A stretch of DNA of 64,000 bases from Lama guanicoe (taxonomy: Eukaryota), in the NCBI GenBank assembly GCA_013239625.1, contig MU053482.1, positions 3,077,168-3,141,167 of the forward strand, in the 5' to 3' direction. Positions 39,070 to 51,139 of the stretch are shown here, piece after piece; positions within the stretch are counted from its first letter, which is position 1, and every line of letters begins with the position of its first letter. Under the pieces are notes generated by a model, which was given only the letters and a program-made list of their open reading frames with translations, made no database searches and was not told the origin of the DNA. The position numbers were made by a program, and so were the translations under genes.

Positions 39070-39881
39070 CTGCAGAATGGGGGGGATAACACATACAAAC
39101 ATGAAAACAATTTCTTTTCAGACATTTCCTTGAGATTAAAAAAATCCCTTTAAAGTTCAAATTTGGAGCAGATGATGACCATATAAGATCCAATAAACAG
39201 ATGCCACTGGCAATAATACAGCCAAAAACATTCAAGTTACTTTTGTGCCCAAATGAATATGGTACAAGAAAATTCATAGCTGAAAACTGAAAATTTAGTA
39301 AAAGATACACAAATCACTGATAATAATACTTAACTAAAAAATAGCAGAATGTTAAAAGTCAGTATTTATAAGCCAGTTATATCTCAATAAAACCAGAAAA
39401 ATAAAAGCAGCATAATAATACGAACCACATGTGTATTTTAAAATTTCTAGTGGCCACAATGAAAAAGCATTTTTTTAATTAAAATAAAATCATATCAACA
39501 AAAAACTGCCTCATAATAAAGGCTCATAAAACAATTTGGCTGCATTAAAGTTCAGGTCCAATTATGACTAAACTCACATTTCATATTTTGCCATTGGAAC
39601 AGAAATAGGAGAATGAGGGAGGAGAGAGTAGGAGGGGAAAAAAAAATTAACAGTAACCAAAAGATACTAGGAAAGACAGCAGACAGTTAAAAAGGCAAAG
39701 GGCAAAAAAAAAAACCCCCAAAACCAAGCAACAGACAATTTCATTGAAGTAACATCTCTGTTCAGACTAAGAAGAAACAATGTAATTTTTAGAGGGCTGT
39801 CCTCTTTGTCAATATTACATAAGAATAAGCAAAATAAGTGATCAACTAATCAATTTTAGGACTTAAGAAAAGGAGCCCTTG

Positions 39882-40095
39882 CAGAGCCTGGTGGCCCGCC
39901 GCTTTTTCCCAGTTGTCGCCCACGCTGGGCCGGGATGACCATCAGGGCAGGGCTCTGCTCGGATGTTTGCACTGGACACATTCCCTACCGGTCTCATTTC
40001 AGAGGTACATGAAGTATTTTCTTGTGTATAAAAAACAAAAATTATATTCAACTTAAGATTCAACCAACATGAAAATAAAAACAATAAGCCTAAAA
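39882..40095 (+). pseudogene. Short retrocopy of an unidentified polyadenylated transcript
   Basis: Direct repeats aaaaggagcc(c)ttg at 39868-39881 and 40096-40108, a TT|AAGA site, a GC/CpG-rich 5' half, AATAAA at 40074-40079 and an A-tail from 40092. Confidence 0.75.
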
Positions 40096-40289
40096 AAAAG
40101 GAGCCTTGAAAAAAAAAAGGCAAAAGTTCCCTAGAAACATTAAGTAATAGCAGCTGAGGTTCCTATTTTCCTAGTTCAGAGATGAATATGAAAATTTCAA
40201 GACATAAAGAAGATGAAAAACATGCCACTTTGAGAAAGTTTTCTTTTGGTAAAAGAGTTTAATGTCCTCATGAACTCAACCTATGACAA

Positions 40290-40413
40290 AAATCCTTGGG
40301 AAATGTTAAGGTATAGATTCTACTTTCCAAAGAGTATCTGTGATTTTTGGACAGTGGTCAACATTATTACGAAAGACAGCAAACTGAAATGAGAAAAATA
40401 AGCCCTCTTCTTT
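40290..40413 (+). repeat. Copy 1 of a ~125-bp diverged direct repeat flanking SBF2 exon 5
   Basis: Aligns with 41754-41878 through the shared blocks ttaaggtata, tactttccaaaga, tggaca.tggtcaacatta, aaagacagca, ctgaaat and aagccctcttcttt. Confidence 0.85.
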
Positions 40414-40921
40414 CTTAATTGCAAACTATTCTGTTAAGGAGTACATACAACACACACAGTGGTTTTAAGACCATGTATAACTGCTATTATCCAGAGAAAT
40501 GAAGAAATGAATTATTCTATCCAGAAGTAGTTACAATATTACAGACAATTATGTTGAAAGTTTTCTTTTAATGTAATCTAATTTTTTTATCACTGAAAAA
40601 AATTTTTAAGTTAATAAAATAAGGCATAATCATGTAGAGGAATAAGAAAGGTGGAAAGAACACATTTTAAAATTCAACTTTAAAAAGTGTACTTCCAAGA
40701 GTATGTAAGCTAGAGTTCAAGTTACACAAAATATGACTTCTAATTATGCTATGTGAAAGGTGAACCCTGCGTTAAAATTAACCTCATGACCTAAGAAAAA
40801 AATGGAATCTTGGGTCTCTCTTAGAAGGCAGACCATAGGGACAACGCTTAACTAAACTAAGATCCTCTTTAAAACAAAAATATTTAAAGAATTCTTTCTT
40901 TCCCCTTTTCTTCATAAATTA

Positions 40922-41119
<198 letters not shown>

Positions 41120-41753
41120 TCATGGAAACAGTAAACACTAAAAATAAATTGTTGTGACATCTGCTTCCAGGAAAATTTCTCTTTGAACCTAGTAAAGTAT
41201 ATTCTACAGTGACCACGGAATAACTTTTAAGCAGCAAATGTTATTAAGTTTATTAAATTTTCCTCCAGAACCAGAAACTCTAAATGAGCTTTTGAGATGA
41301 GTTTATAAAGAACAGAAATCCATAATTTGTAAAACAGGTGTTTGTGCTCAGATAACCACTCTAGCAAATTTGTAGGGTTTAAAACTGTTTCTGTCTCAAC
41401 TTACTGTGCAAAATCCCACATTTCAAGATAAAAATTTAAAGACTTTATCTTGTTTTGTGATTCTTATAAATTTGGAACATTTATTCTACAGAAAAGTTTA
41501 ACTTATGTGAATTATCACAAAGAATAGCACAATAGAGACAAAATTATGATTAATACTTTAAGCTCAGAAGAAGGTAGGTGGTAAAATGGAAGACAAAATG
41601 CAATCCTTCTGTATCTTACAGTTTATTGAAACTTATTACTGAAAAATCAGTATTTGTTAGGAGTTACCCATTGTCACTGAAACCTTGATACTAAGAATAT
41701 GTATAATCTCAACAATATGGAAAAGTTTCCCAGAAATTATGTAATAATTTCCC

Positions 41754-41878
41754 AAATCCCTGAACAAGTTTAAGGTATAATTTATACTTTCCAAAGAAGA
41801 TCTGGAATTATGGACAATGGTCAACATTACTGTTACCAAAGACAGCAGCTGAAATAATAAAAACAAGCCCTCTTCTTT
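41754..41878 (+). repeat. Copy 2 of the ~125-bp diverged direct repeat
   Basis: Same shared blocks as 40290-40413, in the same order. Confidence 0.85.
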
Positions 41879-42393
41879 TAAAGCTTAAAAGTATTTATAA
41901 CTAAAGTAATATTTTACATTTGAAAGTCTAAATGTCTAAAAAGTAAAATATCTACACATAAACAATATTTTAAAGCTATGATGGTAGTAGTATGATCAGA
42001 ACTATTTAAAATTGCAAATACCCATCATATTTCCTTGAACCTCGACTCCTCAAAAGAAGGTGAGTAAAAAATACAAAGTTTTTATATTACTAACGCATTT
42101 TAAATTTGCTATAGGTAATCAAATGACTTCTTTAGGATTCATAAATTTTGGAGTCAGTAAACATAGGACCTATTTTAAACCAAACACTACACCCTTAGAA
42201 GTTTAAATAGTTGTATTAACTTAGGTATTTATTTCATCCAACATGAAATACATTTCTTCTGTTCACACTAATTTTAGTTTATCGATGAATTCCTACTCTA
42301 CTCAATTTAAAGATACATTAAATACGAAGAACTTGTTACCATGGTTCATTCAAAACAGATTTATACAATAATATAAATCAATAATGACAACTA

Positions 42394-42528
<135 letters not shown>

Positions 42529-43589
42529 CTAAAGAAAGAGACACTGTAATCAACAGACAGACAATTTTCTAGATTTATAACTCATAAAAGACAGACATAG
42601 CACATGCTTTCATGTAATTTACAAAATCCAAAATTAATTACAAGATATAATTTATAAAACTCAAACTAAAAATAAAGAACATACTTTGAGAGGAATCTAA
42701 GAAGCAAATAGGCAAAGAAATTATGAAGCAGGCCATACTTATTTCATTTTTGAAAACTCTTTAAGCTCCAGATATATACAACTTTATCTGAACATTTGAT
42801 TTCTGTGAGATAGCAGTCATCAAAAGACATATTCACTAAACAGTGACCCAAACAACTACAATTGACATTCAGTTAAATGGAAATTCAGTTTTCAAGAATA
42901 GAAAAAAATCTGTTTTCTAAAACAGACACTAATGTTCATTTTTGTTTTTTGGCTTGTCCCAATCTTTTAAACAAAAGTGATATAATCAATTGGGATTATC
43001 TTGCAGAAAGCTCAATGCTCATGCTCTTAGAAGTAAAGACCAATCAGCTCTAAATTCTTTTTCCTCATAAGCAACAATGTTGATTTTTTCGAAAAGTCAG
43101 AATATTTTTATACATAAAACTGAGTTTTGGAATGTACCTAGAGCCACTGAACTGTACACTTAAAAATGGTTGAAATTGTAAAGCTTATGTCATGTGTATT
43201 TTAGCACAGTAAACACCTAGAATTAAAAAAAAAACCTATGTTTTCAATGATTAAATACTAGTTAATAAAATAAACTTTGAAAAATGATTCTCATTTATGA
43301 GTCAACAAATACTACTTGTGTACCTATAGTTCCATAATACTACATGATGCACTAAAAAGTTTTAAGTGAAAGGAAAAAAAATCAAGGTAGTAAAGCATTC
43401 AGATTTCTAACGCTTCTAAATGATATTCTAAGAACGTTTTCCCCAACTAGAATCCTCTACCCTTCCCATTAATCAAAAGTTCAGCTTAAAATTTATTTTC
43501 CTTCCTGAAGCCTTTCCTTTACTGATTTTTCTCCTACTGTTAATTCTCAGCACAGTTCATCAACATATTACACGTATTTTTCCTGCCAA

Positions 43590-44365
43590 ATCTCTCCCCT
43601 AAATGCCACATCCAACTGCCTGCTTGACATCTCTATTTAGATGACTAAAAGTTACCTCAAATACGTCCAAAACATAGCTCCAATCTTTCTCCCCAAACTC
43701 CACTCTTCCTGCAGTATTCCCTACCTCAGTTACTGGAAATCCTTCCTTCCTATCTAGCAAATCAAAAATCCTGATTCTCCTCCTCTCTTTCATAACCCGT
43801 ACCCACACTGTCAGCAATCCTGATTTCTCACCACCTCCAATGCTTCCACAGTACTATGAGCCACAGCCACTTGTCTGGATTATCTGAACAGCCTTCTTCA
43901 GTCTCCTCTATTTCTCTTTAGCCTCACTTTCCTTCCTTGCTGCTCCTCAAACATGCTGGGCATGCTCCCAGGTAAGGGTCTAAAGCACGTTTGTTTTTCC
44001 TTTGCCTGGCACATCTTTGTTACTCCCTTGCTCGGAATAGATACCAAAATAAATAATTCCCTCAACTCCGTTAGGTCTTTATTCAAGCAAATTCTGTTCT
44101 GGTAAGAATTTGCTGGCACCCTACTTGAAATTGCAATGTTCTAATACTCCCTAAATCCCCTTTCCTTATTTTTTTTTTCTCCACAGCACTTGTCATTGTC
44201 CAACATATTACCCATTTCATTTCTTTTATTTTTTAGTTTGTCTGTTTCCCCCACTAGAATGGACTCCATGAAGATCAAAATTTCTGTCTGTTTTGTTCAT
44301 TGGTAATTTCTCAGCTTCTAAAACAAGAGCTGGGCAAAGAGTTGATATTTACTTACTGTTTGTTC
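43590..44365 (+). mobile_element. L2 (L2a-like) 3' fragment
   Basis: Motifs atccaactgcctgcttgacatctcta.ttagatg, ttccttgctgctcctcaaacatgc and gtctgtttcccccactagaatg.actccatgaag. Confidence 0.75.
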
Positions 44366-47273
44366 ACAGCATTCAGGCAGAAATGAATTTTCTTAAAATA
44401 GTTTTCTGGGTATTTTATGAAGGGAATTTTTCCCCACTACTCATGGTGGCCAAGAATTTTATTTTCTATCTCTTTTGGAACCCATATAGTTTCTCTAACA
44501 GTCAAATATAACCAAGTATTAGATGTCAATGAATGCACATATCCAGAGGGAAATGTCTGTTTACTTTTTATATGTGTGATAAGATCCATATGTTCTCAAA
44601 AGATTTTCATTTGTTACAAAGCAAAAGCTAAAATTAGGTTGGGTGGTTTCTGGAATTCTTAGAAATAATAAAAATGTGATGAATAAGAATTTGCCAAGGA
44701 TTTCCACACTTAATGAATCATATTCTTCATAGATTAATAATAAATATTGTCCTTTCAGGACAAAGGAATGACTGAAATTCCTGAAAGTGATAAGGCTATC
44801 CACATTTTTATGAGATTGTGATACATGCCCTAGAGTCAGTTTGAGTAACCATATCATATAAATGATAGTTAACCTACTTTGACCAAAACATAAAATAGAA
44901 ATGCATCAGTCATTTCTTAAAGCTGTCCTTTAATTAAATATTCACTAGCAGGAATAATTATTAACAAGAAAGAAAAAAGGTCTGATGTAATGTTAATATT
45001 AAATAAAAACAACCTCATTTTTCTTTACATCACTTTTTAGTATAGATTTTGACCTTTACTCTGTAAATGTGCTATAAATCATAGATGTTGTTATTCTTAA
45101 TTCCAATAGTTCTCCTATAAGACTACAGTGTCCCAAGTTCAGAGAAAATTCATATTCCTTTTCTCAAAGCAAAATGCACTGCTATGATTTAACTCCCCCC
45201 CCCCAAAGCCAAAACTGCTGTTTAAAATACAGGAGACAGTAATGTGGTGGGTTTGATTACATTTCTCTGTAAGTAATTTACCATATAAAGTAGTACTGCC
45301 CCTTCTTTACAGCTGCTATAATACCTTTTGTGTAATAACTGGGTAATGATACTAGCTTTATTTGTTTCGTGTTTTACAATGACAAATTTTCACATATTGG
45401 AAAGCTGTGAGAAACTTAAAAATAAGCAGGAGATTAAAAACACAGGCCACAAATGTAAAAGATATTACAAGTGGCTTGAAATTTAAGATTTTATAGTATA
45501 AAACATTTTCATATATTTTATCTCATTGAACAATATTTATAAGTCTTCTTCTAAGCTAAGATTATTCTTTAGTTTTTGGTGGTCCCATTAAAGATTCAAA
45601 CTTACCTAAACAGTGTTTACTGAATTGCCTCACACTGACTTGCAAGGTCACCTTATCTCTTATATACATCATAAACACATGCTACAGCTTGCCCATGTAC
45701 TGATATTTTTCTACTTATTATTACTATGAACTATCTGCTAGTGGGATTCCCAAGTTCTATGCAGTTTATATTCTACGTAGTTCTCATAGTCTGTGTGGTT
45801 CAATAATATGGGGTAAATTAGAACCCCCTAGATCAATCTGCTCCAAAAATACTACTACTGCCCTTTAAATATCTCCTGAGACAAAAATGCTAGAAACTAC
45901 TAGAGCACTGATTTTATGGAATGATTCCACATAACAGGCACAATTTTTAAGAAGTTTATCCTATAACTCAGGTTGAACACTTGAGCCTCATGTTTGTTGC
46001 ACTCCTGATGCTAGATTCCTGTCTCTTCTATCTTGAAAAGACTTGCATCCAATACTGTCTGTGATAAGTTCACTTTCAGCAACAGTTTTTCATACTAAAC
46101 CCCTCCCTACAAAATTTCTTTAAATAGTTTAAAAAGGAGGATGAAAGGAATTATGCAAGTAAAAATTTTCCAGTTCTACATTTCCTTTTTGAAAAGTAAA
46201 TTATTACAGAGTACCATTATATAGAGTTGCCTCCGTTAAGCAATTTAAGGACTTAAAAATTTTCCAGAATTGGAAATAAAGGAGTCTAAGTAGTTGAAAA
46301 ATTCTGTAAGGTCTACAATTCCCTCTGAAAACTTCTTGATTTCTTGCCAAATAATCGCTTATCAGGTTGACACGTTCACATGATAAAACCTAGTTTTATA
46401 TAAAGGTTTTTATAAAACCTTGCACTGGTTGGGAAAATAATGACTACATGAGAAATATACATGTTAGGATAACAAAGCTTCAGAGAAATCAGGCCACTGG
46501 TTTTCATTTCATAATCCAATTTATCTCTAGTAAAGAAAATATCCCGGTGTTTTCCCCTTTAATAGCTCCTGGGCTCTATAGTATTCTGAAGGTGGTATAA
46601 ATTCATTTGTAGGGCTACTATATAGTCACCCAAAAAGCTCCCTATGTTTTAAGTGGCACATAAGTCCATAAGTCTTTTTTAAAAATATACTCATAAGTAT
46701 ATTAAATTTTCCGAAGTGTTTTCTGCTGGAAGCTAATAGTTATTACTTAGGCAAAAGGGTCTTCTAATCAAAAGATTTTGACAATAAGTTAAAGCCAAGT
46801 TAAAAAGGTTTCTTTACTGCAAGATTTCTCAGACTTTGATATGCAAATATTGTTTGTGCAATGCCCAGCAAAGTAGATATAATACAAAATATTTCTCCAA
46901 GTTACTGGACCAATGAAATCCTCTTTATTACAGAATATCTAGAGGACCCAGTGCTGCCCTGTGGAACACATGTTGGGAAAGGCTATCACAAGCTATTTTA
47001 GGATAGAAAATGAATGAAACTGAAATATGTATATATTCATACATTCTATGCCTTTAGAAAGCTAGGTAAATATAATGGTTATTTCATAAACAGATTATTA
47101 TATTTGGTATCTGTTTCATTAATTCTATTTCATAAAGTAAGATAAGATTTGAAAAGATTAGAAAATGGACAAGGCTGCTGGGAGGTAGGGTGCTATATAG
47201 CTGCCCTGAGAAAATATTTAGCATGCCCTGTGGCCCACTCTCACCAGATGAGTTAGGAACTTCTACTCCTGAC

Positions 47274-47435
47274 CAGTGGTTCTCAAACTTTAGTGTGCAA
47301 TGAAGTCATTTAGAGCTATGTTGGAGTCTCACCCCTAAATTTCTAATTCAGTAGGTCTGAGGTAGAGTCCAAGAATTTACATTTCTTGTAAGTTTCTCAG
47401 TGATACTGATACTGCTGTAAGAATCACAGTTCTAG
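47274..47435. mobile_element. MER5A-like hAT MITE
   Basis: cagtggttctcaaactttagtgtgca...ttctaattcagtaggtctgagg...aagaatttacatttct...gtgatactgatactgctg. Confidence 0.75.
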
Positions 47436-47458
47436 GCTAATTAATATAATATAGAAGA

Positions 47459-47580
47459 GGCCTTCCTCAAAAAAGAAGAACAATCTCAAATAAACAATCT
47501 AAACTATCAGCTAAAAGAATTAGAAAAAGAAGAGAAAAAAGTCAGCAGAAGGAAGGAAATAGTAAAGAAGGAGGAAACAG
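47459..47580 (+). mobile_element. 122-bp internal L1 ORF2 fragment with a perfect 13-bp TSD and no poly(A)
   Basis: Matches 16669-~16800 of the full-length L1. Flanked by ataatatagaaga at 47446-47458 and 47581-47593. Confidence 0.85.
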
Positions 47581-47689
47581 ATAATATAGAAGAAAATAAT
47601 AACTATAACATATATTCTTTATGCCAGATACTGTACTAAGCATCATATCAGAGTAAATAACTCATTTATACTAGACCTTATTAAATACT

Positions 47690-50600
47690 GCCTCCCAGTA
47701 AAGGAAACCAGGACTCTCTGGAGAAATGACATTTTTTATTTGGGTCAGAAAAATGTACAAAATGCGCCTATTCATTAGTCAAAAAGTAAAGAGTTTGTTA
47801 AAAACTAACAGAATCAAAATGAATAAAAATCACAGTTGACTGAAGCTCATCAAATTCACACACAAAAGAGTTTATAATGACAACTTTAAAAATTGGTCAC
47901 TACTACAGATTGTTAGGGTGCCAGTATACTATTTTGAAAATTTTTTAAAATAAGGGGAAATAACTATCTTTTCTAACAAACTGTAGTTGATGAAAGTTTT
48001 ATTTTATAGTTGAATTTTAGTTAATGAATGCAGAAAGAACAACAGAATGAGGAAATTACCTTTTTGCAATTCCTACTGAAATAATGTATTTAGGCAATGA
48101 TAATCAATAGATCTCAAACTAGTTAGTGAAAGCCTGGCCCTAATCCAAACCCACAACTCGATCTCAACACTGCTAAAAGTTAGAACAACCAGAAAACAAG
48201 TTCCTCTTGATGATACACAGTAGGAAGTATAGTACAATCTTTGAAGCAGTCTTGCTTTAAAAACTGAATGTGAATCCAGTCAAGCCTCTAGATATAAATA
48301 TTACTTTATGGAAACTATGGAGAACAGAGGTACAAGTTAGATAATAACATGGAGAATTAATGAGCCAAATCCAGAATGTAGAGCATTCCACAGGATAAAT
48401 GATCCAGTTCCTCTACCAACCCACAAAGGGGACTGTTACAAAAGAAATTTAAGAAATATCAGCCAAATATAATGTGTGGAACTTGTATGAATAAACCAAG
48501 ACATTTTGGAGATTATTTTTTTAATTAAAAATATGTAACTTGGATATTAGATAATATTAAGAGATTATTCAAAATTATAATTTTGTTAAATATTATAATG
48601 GCAGATTGGTAATGTAAAAAAGGTCTTTATCAGTTAGAGATTCATACTAAAATATTTACAGGTGAATATGGGAATTTCCATAATAAAAAATGAAGAAAAT
48701 AAAACCTTTATTGTGGACCTGTGTCAGCACTGTTCCAAAGTACATTTCACCCCCTTTCTTTGATCACATTTTGTTTGCTGACATACTAAATGTCTTTACT
48801 GCAAGTTGCATCATTACTGATTCATAAATACATTTATGAACACATTGGAAGACTCTAAAATGATGCAACTAAATAAAACACTTAGGTCTATCATTTTTTT
48901 TAGATAAGCCATATAAAGCCTCCTCATATCTATCATATTTTACTGATTACTTAAAACATTTTACAATCACATTGCCTGGCTGAATACTTTTGGGAATATG
49001 TGATCAAAAGTTTAATGCCAAAGTTTTGTTTGTGATTTCTGACAGTGTTACTGTATCTTGGAGAGATAAGAGACAACATTTTAAAAGTTGCACAATTATA
49101 CTGTGGATGGTTTCTGTCCCTGAGTTCCTGTTCTTCTAGGCTTCCAAATAATGTGTCATAGTATATTTGGTATGAAGTAATTCACACCAAATGAGAATTA
49201 AAAGATCTATTTTTGAACTGATGATACGATCCAAAAATAAAAGAAAAACACATTTTTTAAGAAAGACATAGTGAAACTGTCCACACTGAAAATGGGAACA
49301 TTAATGATGACCTAGATAGGAACATCATCTGGGCTTTAATATTATCTTTTTCAACTAATTTCTCATTGTTTTTACTTTTTTTTTCTTAACCCATTCCAAA
49401 AGATATTACCTCTCTGTTCTTCACACAGAAAAGCTACTATATAATTCTGGCTAGCATCTCCTACCTAAGTACGACTATATAGGAGCTAGAATTCTTATAA
49501 CTTATTTACATTTTCGGAATCTTGGAAAAACTCTAAGAAGCAGACTAACTTTCTGTAAGGTGACTGTAAATATTAAATAAATTGTAATGTCTGGGTCCAG
49601 TTAAAACGGCAAATGGGAAAATATCTGAACTAAAAAGAAAAATAATTCTCAAACACTGATTCCAAATATACAAGAACCCTGATACAATTTTTAATATTAT
49701 TACCTACTCAAGTGATCCAGGGCTCCTTGGAGAAATGGCTAATTTCAAGGCTGAGGTGGAGAAGGAATAAGACAAGCCTGGATCAGTTTGTTATGATAAA
49801 AAGTTAAAAAATGTTTTAAAAAACTGATGGGGCTTTGTTAACAGAATACAAGAACCACTCTGAAGGGGAGCCCACTGGTTAAACTTAGGACAATCTGTGA
49901 ATTAAAACAGTGAAAACCATTAATCATATACTACTTAAGAGAAAAAAAGCTGGAATGCATGAATCTATAGCTCACATAGATAAAAAGACAGGAAAATCTT
50001 GTTTTTAGTAAAATGTCAGCTGCTGACTGGTAAAGGTAGAGGGTGTGTGTAATTGGAAAATAATCATTTTGCAACCATAATAATAAAAATTGGCACAGAC
50101 AAGAATCATTATTAAATGCCAAATCGGAGGGAGGCATGATTAATAGAATTTTTGCATAATCTTAAAATATTTTCCTATACATTGCTTATTCGTTGCAAGT
50201 GAAAAAAAAATAGCAACTATACAATGGAGATATCTGCCAATCATCAGACCAAGTATTCAATAATAACATCATCAGTGGGGTGGGGAGCAGACACACTGTG
50301 TACTTCCAGACGTGTGCCCTTAGAAGGACACACACTTCGTTTTCTAAATATTGGTAATATTCCAACTACTGATGTATAACCTGAATCAGAAAAACAAAAA
50401 ATAGTAAGCCTTCAGTGCAGGGCACTGAGACCTGCACTATTTGAAAATGTGAAAGGCTGAGCAACTATTCCAGATGAAAAAGAGACAAAATAGAAATTAT
50501 AATTAAATGCAATACGTAATTTTAAACTACATCCTGTACAGGAGGACCAAAATTAAAAAAAAAAAAAAAGGCAGGGGAGGGTGGTGGACCATAAAGAACA

Positions 50601-51030
50601 TTAGGTCAAGTAACCAAACTGAAAATATGGATGGTAGACTAGATAAAAATATAATATTGATGTTTATTTCCTGAGATTGATAATCATACTATGTTTATGT
50701 AAAAGCATACTTATTCCTATGAAATTATACACTGAAGACTTTAGGGCAAAGGGAAATGATGCACACAAATTTGTCTCAAATAGTTCAGGAAAAAGCTTAT
50801 GTGTGTGAGTATGTGAGTGTGTGTGTATGTGTGTGTGTAAGGAGAAAGAGGGAGTAAGGGAAAGAGGAAAGGGTTTATCAAAGATAATTAATATTATGAT
50901 AATAAAAAGATGGGACAAAATATTTTAAATGGGCGAATATAGGTAACAGGTACATAGATATTTGCAATATTCTTGTAACTTTTCTGTAAATCTGAAATTA
51001 TTTTCAAATGAAAAGCTTGAAAAATAGCCA
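47690..51030 (+). mobile_element. Two ancient L1MC-like 3' regions (~47690-48700 and ~49700-51030)
   Basis: Both start with the motif ccagg.ctc..tggagaaatg.c and end in L1MC-type 3'UTR motifs (tattcttgtaacttttctgtaaatctgaaattattt). Confidence 0.55.
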
Positions 51031-51139
51031 GGAGTTCCTAGAACCACTTAACAAATATCTGCTATAATGTCCTCCTGTACTGCTTTCTGTAAGTTTAACT
51101 GGGGTTCCTAGAATCTCTTTACACCTGCTAAATTGTCCT

